Below are positions 1 to 11,454 of a DNA stretch of 64,000 nucleotides, in pieces. The position numbers and the translations under genes were made by a program. The notes beneath the pieces were generated by a model. The model worked only from the letters and a program-made list of their open reading frames with translations, had not been told where the DNA came from and searched no databases. The stretch spans positions 115,382,001 through 115,446,000 of the forward strand of contig OX597818.1 of assembly GCA_951406725.2 (NCBI GenBank). Direction: 5' to 3'. The first letter of the stretch is position 1. Each line of letters starts with the position of its first letter. This stretch comes from Octopus vulgaris. Its lineage: Eukaryota.

Positions 1-323
1 TGGTGCAGCCATCTGGCTCACCAGTCCCCTGTCAAACCGTCCAACCCATGCCAGCATAGAAAACAGATGTTAAATGATATTTTTTTCATAATTAAGATCT
101 AAAATGTTAATATATGAATGTGAAAGAGAGAGTTGAATAACTAAACCTACTTTTGGGCCACCCTGTATATATAGGCATGGCTGTGTGATAAGTTCCTGAC
201 CACATGGTACAGGGTTCTGTCCCATTGCATGGCATTTTGGGCAAGTGTCTTCTATAATCTCAGGTCGACCAAATACTTGTGGTTTTAGTAGACAAAAACT
301 GAAAGAAGGCCATCCTGTGTGTA

Positions 324-540
324 TTGGTACATAATTATTGCGGATTTTATTCAACAATAATATTTAATATAAACATCTTTAAATGACAGTCTGACTGTCT
401 GCCAAGCAAATGGGAAGCAGTAATTGAAGTAGATGGTGAATATGCTCTGGAATAATCATTTAAAGATGCTTTTGTTAAATATTTATTTTGTTGAATAAAA
501 TTTGTTGAAAAGAAGCCGCAATAATTATGCACCATCCCAA
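324..540. mobile_element. mariner-type MITE (copy 1)
   Basis: TIR related to TTGGGTTGGTGCATAATTATTGCGG, TA-flanked; homologous to 1155-1354. Confidence 0.75.
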
Positions 541-553
541 TATATAAAATTAA

Positions 554-1135
554 GGCAGCAAGCTGGCAGAAACGTTAGCATGCTGAGTGAAATGCTTAGC
601 GGTATTTCATCTGCCGTTTTGACTTCATCTGTCTTTACGTTCTGAGTTCAAATTCCGCCGAGGTCGACCATGCCTTTCATCCTTTCGGGGTCGATTAAAT
701 AAGTACCAGTTACACACTGGGATTGATATAATCGACTTAATCCGTTTGTCCTTTCTGTGTTTGGCCCCTTGCGGGAAGTAAAGAAATAGGTATTTCATCT
801 GCCGTTACGTTCTGAGTTCAAATTCCGCCGATGTTGACATCCTTTCGGGGTCGATTAAATAAGTACCAGTTATGCACTGGGGTCGATGTCATCGACTTAA
901 TCCCTTTGTTTAGCCCCTTGTGAGCAATAAAGAAATAAACATTAGCACACCAAGTGAAATGCTTAACAGTATTTCACTTGCCATTACATTCTGAGTTGAA
1001 ATTCCACTCAGATTGACTTTGCCTTTCATCTTTTGATGTCAATGAAATAAGTACCAGTTGCGTACTGGGTTGATCTAATTGACTGCCCCCTACCTCCCCC
1101 AAAATTTTGGGCCTTGTGCCTACAGTAGAAAAGAT
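554..1135 (+). mobile_element. Tandem cluster of tRNA-derived SINE family A (one full plus partial copies)
   Basis: GGCAGCAAGCTGGCAGAAACGTTAGC head, GAGTTCAAATTCC B-box-like motif, GCCTTTCATCCTTTCGGGGTCGAT body repeated three times. Confidence 0.85.
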
Positions 1136-1154
1136 TATTATATATATATATATA

Positions 1155-1354
1155 TTGGGTTGGTGCATAATTATTGCAGCTTTTTTCAACAATAACAATA
1201 AGAATATTTAACAAAAACATCTTTAAATGACGGTCTGATAGTCTGCCAAGCAAATGGGAAGCAGTAATTGAAGTTGATGGTGAATATGCTCCAGAATAAT
1301 CATTTAAAGATGTTTTTGTTGAAAAAATGCCGCAATAATTATGCACCAACCCAA
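1155..1354. mobile_element. mariner-type MITE (copy 2)
   Basis: TIRs TTGGGTTGGTGCATAATTATTGC / GCAATAATTATGCACCAACCCAA, in a TA run; resembles mariner/MADE1 ends. Confidence 0.85.
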
Positions 1355-1739
1355 TGTTATAATCATCATCACTGCTTGACTGATAGACTAAGTACCAAGC
1401 TGAGAATAAAAAGAAGTAAATGGGGCTTAATCCATTCGAGTACAAGTCCAAGGTGGTTCCCCAGCAGATAAAAGATAGACATTAAATTTATATTATAGTT
1501 CCTATATGCACTTCACCATTATGGATATTTGGTTTGCAATGGATGCTCAAGCATAATAAATCCTCAGAGAACACTTTATTATATATTTCCTGGGGAACCA
1601 TTGTGGTTGAACAGTTATCACAAGGTTCCAAACCACCATAAGGGAGAAAGTGCATTTTGGAGCTATTATGTTTTTCCTTCTTACTCCTACATTCGCTCTA
1701 CAGTTCATAACTAGTTATTATTCAATATGGAATTTACTT

Positions 1740-2490
1740 AACAAGCACCATTCAAGCATGGTGGATGCCAGTGCTGCATGACAGGTCCTGTGCTGGTAGC
1801 ACATAAAAAGTACCATTCGAGCATGGTTGTTGCCAACACTGCCTGACCAGCTCCCATGCTGGTAGCACATAAAAAGCACCACTCAAGTGCGGTCTTTACC
1901 AGTGCTGCCTAACCGGCTCTCGTGATGGTAGCATGTAAAAAGCAGCATTCAAGCATGGTAGCTGCCAGTGCTGGTAGCACATAAAAAGCACCATTTGAGC
2001 ATGGTCATTGCCAGTGCTGCTTGACCAGTTCCCGTGCTGGTAGCCAAAAAAAAAGCACCATTTGAGCATGGTCATTGCCAGTGCTGCTTGACCGGTTCCT
2101 GTGCTGGTAGCAATAATAAAGCACCATTCGAGCGTGGTCATTGCCAGTGTTGCTTGACCGGGTCTCGTGCGAGAGGCACATAAAAAGCACCATTCGAACA
2201 TGGTCATTGCCAGTGCTCCTTGACTGGCTCCCGTGCCAGTGGCACATGAAAAGCACCATTCAAGCGTGGTTGATGCCAGTACCACCTGGCTGGCCCTTGT
2301 GCCGGTGGCACATAAAAGCACCCACTACACTCTCAGAGTGGTTAGCATTAGGAAGGGCATCCAGCTGTAGAAACCTTGCCATATCAGAATGGAGCCTGGT
2401 ACAGCCTTCTGGCTTGCTAATCCTCAGTCAAACTGTCCAATCCATGCCAGCATGGAAAACGGACATTAAGCAACGATGGTGATGATGATT
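1740..2490 (+). mobile_element. 3' end of RTE-type LINE with about 9 tandem 65-bp units and (GAT)n tail
   Basis: Same 3' sequence as the RT-bearing copy at 5479-6900. Confidence 0.8.
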
Positions 2491-2765
2491 GACAATAACA
2501 GGAAGCAGACTGGATTATGTTAATCTATGAGGAGTTCTAAACATAACAGCAGCTGGACACCCAATTTCTACTTCATATGTACAGACATGATGACTCAAGA
2601 AGCAATGGGCTCAGGTTGTCAACCCATTGTACATATCTATGTCTGTATTTGTCCCCCACCATCACTGCTTGGTCACTGGTGTTGGTGCATTTACGTCGCC
2701 ATAACTTAGCAATACAGCAAAAGAGACCAATAGAATAACTACTAAACTTTAAAAAAAAAGTCCTG

Positions 2766-2933
2766 GTGCGCAGGAGTGGATGTATGGTAAGTAGCTTGTT
2801 TACCAACCACATGGTTCCGGGTTCAGTCACACTGTGTGGCACCTTGGGCAAGTGTCTTCTACTATAGCCTGGGGCCGACCAAAGCCTTGTGAGTGGATTT
2901 GGTAGACGGAAACTAAAAGAATCCTGCCGTATT

Positions 2934-2964
<31 letters not shown>

Positions 2965-3165
2965 CTGTGTTTGTCCCCCAACATCACTTGACAACTGATG
3001 CTGCTTGTTTACATCCCCATAACTTAGTGGTTTGGCAAAAGTGACTGATAGAATAAGTACTAGACTTACAAAGAATAAGTTCTGAGGTCGATTTCTTTGA
3101 CTAAAGGTGGTGCTCCAGCATGGCCGCAGTCAAATTGACTGAAACAAGTAAAAGAGTAAAAAGAG
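2766..3165 (+). mobile_element. tRNA-derived SINE family B with internal (TA)/(TG) microsatellite
   Basis: GGAGTGG..GTGGTAAG head, GGTTCAGTC, ACCTTGGGCAAGT CORE-like motif, GTAAAAGA tail; many copies in the window. Confidence 0.85.
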
Positions 3166-3840
3166 AGAGAGAGAGATCAGTTTGTTCAACTTCAATCCAG
3201 CATGGCCACAGTCAAATAACAAACAAACAAAAGAATAAAACAGGCCCAAAATATGCAGAGAAAGCGCAAGATTAAGACTTTGGAACAATGGTGAAGCAAA
3301 CCATTCTGAAGTTGGCTGCTTGAGTTCAAAGAAAGACTGTCCTGAAATCTCTTGCTGCACATTGGCTCACCCCTTTCATTAAATGGACGTTGCCTCAACA
3401 GTTGCACAGTGTGTTGCAGTGGTCACACAGTAATGTGAAAGGAAGTATTTTGTTCAACAACACAACACTGTCTAGTCTGAGAATTGAACCAACGATCTCG
3501 CAGTCAGGAGTACAACATCCTAAACACTAGGCCACGTATTCTCACACTTGCCAGTACATAAAAAAACAAAACAAAAAACAATAAAATACACTTACCTAAT
3601 TTGATATAACTGATCGTGGTCGATGCCAGGACCGCCTGACTGGCCTTCGTGCTGGGGACATGTAAAAAGTACCCACTACATTCACAGAGTGGTTGGCACT
3701 AGAAAGGACATCCAGCTATAGAAAACTTGCCAGAACAGATTGGAGCCTGATGATGTCTCCTGGCTTGCTACTCCTCAGTCAAACTGCCCAACCAATGTCA
3801 GCATGGAAAGCAGATGTTAAACGATGATGATGATGTGACT

Positions 3841-4190
3841 AGGCACAGGAGTGGCTGTGTGGTAAGTAGCTTGCTTACCAACCACATGGTTCCAGGTTCA
3901 GTCCTACTGCATGGCATCTTGGGCAAGTGTCTTCTACTATAGCCTCGGGCCAACCAAAGCCTTGTGAGTGGATTTGGTAGACGGAAACTGAAAAGAAGCC
4001 CGTCATATATATGTATATGCATATGTGTGTTTGTTCCCCCAACATTGCTTGACAATGCTGGTGTGTTTACGTCCCCGTAACTTAGCAGTTCGACAAAAGA
4101 GACCGATAGAATAAGTTCTGGGGTCGATTTGCTCGACTAAAGGCAGTGCTCCAGTATGGCCGCATCAAATGACTGAAACAAGTAAAAGAA
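3841..4190 (+). mobile_element. SINE family B
   Basis: Homologous to 2766-3165. Confidence 0.85.
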
Positions 4191-5478
4191 AGCCTTCCAT
4201 CACTAACCATCTATTATGGAAGGTCCTAGATTTTCAGAAACTCTATTCTACCATCACAAGCAATGACACACATTTCTGGGAAACCCATTGTCTATGATAA
4301 GGACAAAGGAACAGCTATTGTTATTCTGATGATATCCACTTATTCATACATATCTACTGACCATAATAAAAAATGAGCAGTCCCTATATATATATATATA
4401 TATAGTATTACATACATATAAGAGGAAATTTACCACTATGTGGAAACCCTTATGCTAGAAGAAGATCTGCTATGGTCTTACCACTAAGAATTGTTCTCTA
4501 GAAAACTTAGCAAACACCAGAAACGTAGGCAAGCAAGACAAATGAAAAGTAACAAAAATATACATATATATATATATACTTTTCTAGTGTTGGGCCTCAT
4601 GGAGGCAATAAAAAATGACCAAGACCTTTGGCATTATGTCATGCTAGGGAAGATGACCCATCAAGCCAAGTGAAATCGTGGCCATGGCAGATACTGGTGT
4701 CACACAAATGGCACATAAAAACACTCACTACAATCTTGGAGTGGTTGGCATTAGGAAGGGCATCCAGCCATAGAAAACTATGCCAAATCAGGTGCAGCCT
4801 TTCTGCTTACCAGCCCTGGTCAAACCGTCCAACCCATGCCAGCATGGACAACGAATGTTAAACGATGATGATTAATCTGATAGGTTACTCTATGCTAAAA
4901 CTACCAACCCATCCTATACCTACCTACCTAAAAGGATACACCTAAATATTCACACCTGCTTGCATAGTTCTACATACATGAATAAATTCTTAACAATAGC
5001 ATGACTTGTAATTTAATCAATAAAAATTTCTCCAAAACACCCCTCCATAACAATCCACCCTACAATCTAATTACCACTCCACTGAGCCCAAGAGTGATTT
5101 TAAATCAACAGAGAGAATATAAAGCCAAGATTAACTTCAATGCATTACAGGCCAATAATGACTTAACAGGCTGAAATTTCAAAGTGTCCGTTTAAGATTT
5201 CTTGTTTAAGAATAATAAATATATAATGATTTCAGTTAGGCATTGTTAGAATTCAAAACATTTAAGCTTGAAAATACAGCATTAGGAGAATACATAGCAT
5301 AATATCAATTAATAAATGACAAACGACCAGGAGTTGCGTAATGACCTCCATTAGCTTACAGATGTTTCTGCTGCAAGTAGCCAAGCACTCTTATTTAAAT
5401 GCTTTCCAAAATAAATATATAATTTCTCTGTTATTGCCTGGAAGACTATGATGACTAAGAGTCCTCAGACCCGTCCTT

Positions 5479-6900
5479 ATAGTCCTCCAGGCAATAACAG
5501 GAATTCAAGAAGGGTGCCCCTGGGAGCACCTCTATGCTGATGACCTTGCTCTAACAGCTGAGTCACTACCAGAGCTAGAGAAGAAGTTTTAGGTGTGGAA
5601 GCAAGGTCTACACTCAAAGAGCCTTAGAGTCAATCTAGCAAAAACCAAAGTCTTAGTAAGTAGGAAGGCAGACAAATCCCTTCAGGTAGATGGCCCTGTT
5701 CGATCTGTAGTAAAGGTGTAGGTAGAAACTCCATAAGATGTACCCAGTGTAAGATATAGACACATAAGAGGTGCAGCAATATCAAGGGAAGGTTGACTGG
5801 GAAGATAGTTTTTGTGTGTGACAGATGCACAGGGGCAATAAACACCAAAGATGTACAGAAAACAGATTCCATCACATGCTAGGGAGAAAAACTAGAAGTA
5901 GTTGATAGCTTCCGTTACCTAGGTGACCAAGTCAGTAGTGGGGTGGATGTTTTAAGAGCATAGCTGCTAGAATAAGAATAGCCTGGATAAAGTTCAGAGA
6001 GCTGCTACCTCTGCTGGTAATAAAGGGCCTCTCACTCAGAGTGAAAGGTAGACTGTCTGACGCATGTGTGCAAACAGCCATGCTACATGGCAGTAAAACA
6101 TGGGCTGTGACTGCTGAAGACATGGGTAAACTTGAAAGTAATGAAGTTAGTATGCCCCGCTGGATGTGTAACGTCAGTTTGCATACACAACAGAGTATAA
6201 GCACCCTGAAAGAAAAGTTGGACATAAGAAGCATCAGATGTAGTGAGCAAGAGAGACAACTGTGCTAGTATGGTCATATGTTACATATGAATGAAGACAG
6301 CTGCATAAAGAAGCACCACACCCTAACAGTGCAGGGAACCAGCGAAAGAGGTAGGCCCAGGATGAGGTGGGAAGCACGATCTTCAAACATTGGGCCTCTC
6401 AAAGGCAATGACAAATGACTGAGACCTTTGGAGATATGCTGTGCTTGAGAAGACTCAGCAAGCCAAGTGAGGCCGTAGCCTAGGCCAGTGTCACATAACC
6501 GGCCAATTTAAGAGTAGTCTTCAATCATCGAGCAATATACTGTTGAGTTAAGAGAAATCGTCGTAGCCATTGCCAGTACTGCCTGACTGGCGTCTGTGCC
6601 AGTGGCACGTAAAAAGCACAATTCACGTGTGGTTGATGCCAGTGCTGCCTAACTGGCCCCCATGCCGGCAGCACATAAAAAGCACCATTTGAACATGATC
6701 AATGCTAGTACCGCCTAACTGGCTCCCATGCTAGTGGAATGTAAAAAATCACCCACTACACTCTCAGAGTGGTTGGCATTAGGAAGGGCATCAGCCATAG
6801 AAAACCATGCCAAATCAGACCAGATCCTGACGAAGCCTTCCAGCATGCCAGTCCAGTCAAACCATCCAACCCATGGACAACGGACATTAAATGATGATGA
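5479..6900 (+). mobile_element. 5'-truncated RTE-clade LINE (decayed RT C-terminus, 3' UTR repeats, GAT tail)
   Basis: LYADDL motif near 5530, FRYLG and LHGSKTW peptides with stops and frameshifts. Confidence 0.88.
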
Positions 6901-6949
6901 TTTCATTTCACTAGCTCAGAGAAAGGTATAAGATGTTGCACAAGCACTC

Positions 6950-6991
6950 AGCTTTGTGTAATGCTTTCTATAGCAGAAACAGCTGTAAGCT
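6950..6991 (+). ncRNA. Degenerate hammerhead-like motif (family H4)
   Basis: AGCT-TTGTGTA-A-TGCT-TTCTAT-AGCA-GAAAC-AGCT-GTA-AGCT; stems intact, core decayed. Confidence 0.45.
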
Positions 6992-7199
6992 TATGAAGGT
7001 TATTGCACTATTCCTGTCCTTTTATCATTCATTAATTGACGCATGTGCGTGCGTGTGTGTGTGTGTGTGTGTGTGTATACATACAAAGGAAATAAAAGTG
7101 TAAAAATGTCAACATTTGATCAAATCTGAACACAGAATATTACACTACATACATGCAAAGAAAGGCACCATTTCAACCATTTTTCTATAGTAGTATGTT

Positions 7200-10100
7200 T
7201 TTTGTTGTATTTTTCATTTTTATTTCTTTTTATTTACAAATGATACAAACATGTTTTACTCTAATATATATACATATATGCATGTATATATATATATATC
7301 CTATATACGATATAAGACATCACTGTTAATAACCACGAGATCTGACTACTCATTACATTATTACACCATTAGAACAGTTTGTTGTTGTTTTTTTTTAGTT
7401 TGCTTTGTTGTTGTTTTTCTTCTTCCAGATCTGGGCTAATTGAGACAGTGTACAGCTGACAAGATAATGGCTAACTTCCAGAAAAAGACTCTCCAACAGT
7501 GTTTAACAATATGTTCATCTTTGTGCTTTTTTTTCTTGCTTTTTTTTTTACTAATTCCATTATTATTATTATTATTTATAATCTTGACACACTGTCTAGA
7601 GACATCATCTTCTTTAAAACCAGCCACAAACTTGAAGTTTGTAGTTTCTAGTGAGCAGTATTTAACTTTCTAAGCAATACAACATACATACATACAACAT
7701 GATAGTTTGGGTTTTTTTGTTTAAAATCACTGTACAGATTTAACATTGAAGTTTGATTACTTAATCATTCAGTCATTTGAACTCGAAAGAGTTATGTTTT
7801 GTCTTGCATTTTACCATAGAGGTGAGGGACATCAGTCAGTTCATAGTCAGATATTATATAATGAATCCAGTTCAGGCCGGTAAAGTATATCATGTCAGAG
7901 TAAAGAGTGTTCATCGTTTGGTTTATTTCTGGTAAATGAGGGCCAGATAAATTGGAAAAACCTTACCATGTTGTCACCAAACAAACAAATAAACAAACAA
8001 ACAAACAAAAAAACAAACAGTAAACTTCATAATAATAATAATGATGATTTTTGACATAAAGCCAAAAATCTCAAGAGGAACAATTGATGGAATCAAACCC
8101 CAGTATCCTACTGGTACTCACACATTTTATCAGCCAGTAGATTTCATTTAACAATTTAAAATTTTAGCACAAGGGCAGCAATTTCGAGGGAGGGGGGTAA
8201 GTTGATTACATCTACCCTAGCGTTTAACTGGTATTTATTTTATCGATCCTGAAAGGATGAAAAGCAAAGTTGACCTTGGTGGGATTTGAACTCAGGCCAC
8301 AAAGAGCCAGCAGAAATGCCACTAAGCATTCTATCCAATGCGCTAAGGATTCTGCCATGATAAAAATAATAAAGATTTCTTAGACAAAAAGCCATGAATC
8401 TGGGGATAGGGAGCAACCAATTATACTGAACCTAATAGTTGACTGGTTCTTATTAACCCCAGAAGTATTAAAAGGATAAAATTGACTTCAATGGGATTAA
8501 GGATTTCTAAATAGGCACAAATCTGGGAGGCAAGGATAGTCGATTAAATAGTAAATTTAGTATTTTTATATTAATAATCCCAGAAATGAAAGGAATAGTT
8601 GATCCCATAAGAACTGAACTCAGAAAGGGAAGAAATGTAGTTAAGTATTCAGAAAGGCATCTTTTCCAGCACTTTACCAATTCCGCCTCCGACTTCCCTT
8701 TAATAATAATATTAAGGATTTCTCATACTTTAGTTGTAATAATAATTTCTTATATAGGCATTAAGCCGGAAATTTAAGGGAAGGGGTTTAGTTTCTTAAT
8801 TTGAGCCCCAAATAATGCCATAAAAAGAAACACAGGAGACTGACTCTGCAAACAGTCTCCGTGAAATGTTATTCGGTTTCTGGTAATATTTATATGTCTA
8901 CCTTGTTTCTATGCGATTCATCTTACATACAGAATCAATACATCACTGAGATTACGTCTGTGTGTAGGATGTCAGGAAAAAGATTTTAGATTTACATATA
9001 GGTATATATTCAGAAATTTACTTACATCCATAACAAACCATATTTCTTTATGCAAAAGAGCAACACTGTTTGATTTTTTGCGATATTTTCTTTCATCAAG
9101 AGTTCCGATATCCTAAATATTTTGTACAAGTTGTGATAGTCATTCCAGTTGGTATTTACAAAGAAAGTTGTTTTGTTGTCTTCGTCAATTAGCTTCTCCT
9201 GCTGTACTTGACACATTGCAGGCTTTTATAAATAACTTTTGTCCAACCCATGCTAGCATGGAAAACGGACGTTAAATGATGGTGATGATGATGATGATTA
9301 AAAAGAAAAATTAGTTCAACTAAGTCAGAGAGAAAGAGAGAAAGATGGAAATGATCCCTTGGGAGTTTTGTCATGTTAGTCTTTGTGGGGGGGGGGGACA
9401 CATAAACATAATGTTAGGGGGGAAATTATCTAAAAAAAAAATAAAATTTTTACCAAAGGGGATTGACAAGAAAAGAAAAGAAAAATAGATTCTAGCCATT
9501 TCTTTTAATAACTTAAACTGAATCTTTAAATCGAAAAAGGTAAAAGGCAACAATAAAGAATCGTTAGTTGTGTTGCTTTCCTTCAAAGCAACACAAAATT
9601 TTAAAAACAGAGGATTTTAAGTTGATAAAATTGAATAGCTAACTCACAGTTAAATACAACCCATACGTTATAGAACAAAAACATGTGTTCACCATGAAGT
9701 CTACATTAACAAGAAACCAAAACTAATTGAGACATCAAAGACCACAAAAATGAATTATGGGAGATTTGTTCGTCAAATTGGAACTTTAAAGCATTTTAAT
9801 CTTTGTAGAATCTATTATCGTTTAGATTTCTTTTTTTCACATACATAAGCAAATAGTAGAAGTAACAATGTGTGTTTAAGAAGAGCTTAGATCATTGGCC
9901 CCCAGGGCCACATGTGAGCTTCAAGCTTTCTTCCAACAGTCTAAATACAATAAATGTTTCCTTGAGTGACTTGTTTTAAATGTTTTAGGTGTGGCTCCCT
10001 AAAAAAAATCCAGGTTTTGGACCTAACCTGGATATTAAACAGGTTGAAAACAACTGGTTTGAGTACATTTTTTCTTTCTGTTTTTTAATTTTTTTTTATG

Positions 10101-11405
10101 GATTTCAAGACATTCTCTTTGAGAAAACCAGCCGCTCTTGGTCTAACTACTAACTTTGAACTATCTAGCATTAAGATCACAGGTTCAGGACAACATTTCA
10201 ACTAAGTTTGAGCTAATTGCTGAGTAATTGTTTGAAGCCAACATCTCAATTAACTATGCACTTGTTATTGTTTGGTCACAGTTTCAAGCCAACAGCTCAG
10301 CTAAGTTTGAACTAGATTTTATAGAACATCGTTCAAAGCCTACTGTTCAGGTAACTACAAACTAGCTATTATTGGCTCACAGTTTCAGACCAACATCATT
10401 TTTAAATGCAATATCACAAAATATAAGCCTCTGCAGGGGACTATAGCCTTTCAGATTTTTACAGAGTAAACCAATTTAACACATATTCAATTATATGAAC
10501 ATTTTCAATACCTGTGAGTCTTCCTCTGAACACTTGGAGCATGTTGAAGGCAAGGTAATAGACTTATGATGCCCATATCACTTTATGGGAATGATAATTC
10601 CTTTGCCTTCCTACAAGTTAATTTGTTTTTTTAAACAAATATTATAAATGATTGTATTTGTGTAGAGGCGACAGTTGGCAGTTGGAGGGACAGAAAAACC
10701 AAAATACAGAGTTTCGAAGCAGTTGCCCACCCTGACAGAAATAGCCATGAGATTTCCTTCAAGTCGTATCCTACTGTCTTAAAAATAAAGAACACACTGG
10801 ATAATGTAGTCCTAGATACACTTATGTCTGCAAAGAATACTTGGCAGGGTCACAACTAGAACACCTTAAACAATAAGGTTTGGTTGATTGGTGCTGATCA
10901 GAGCCGAAACAACTCTTCTTCTAAGAACTTTCCTATTCAACTCTGTATTGACTGCTCCACTACTAAATATACACCAAGGAAAGAGAGAAGATAAAAGAAT
11001 CCATTTTATATACACACACAAACATATTTACGAATGCTTATATATACATACATACGTATATATATGTGTGTGTGTGTGTAAACACAAATATATATATGTA
11101 CAAGCATACATACATACACATTATACACGCACACACATATAAATATACACACATACAGATTGTATGTATGTATGTATGTATATATATATATATATATATA
11201 TATACATACACACACACACATGTAGATCACATCCATACACATGAGTGTGTCTACATGTATTTATAGATAGATACACACACATATACATATGTGTATACAT
11301 TGTTTTTACCGGTTTCTCCATATCTATCTATCTATACATACATACATATATATCACCTTGATCACCTTGACTGACCAGTCCGTCGGGTGTCCATTTGACA
11401 CCGCT

Positions 11406-11454
<49 letters not shown>

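Noticed and set aside
1740-2320. CRISPR-like look of regularly spaced repeats (also 13730-14080)
   Set aside because: Whole units repeat with no unique spacers; eukaryotic LINE 3' UTR, no cas genes.
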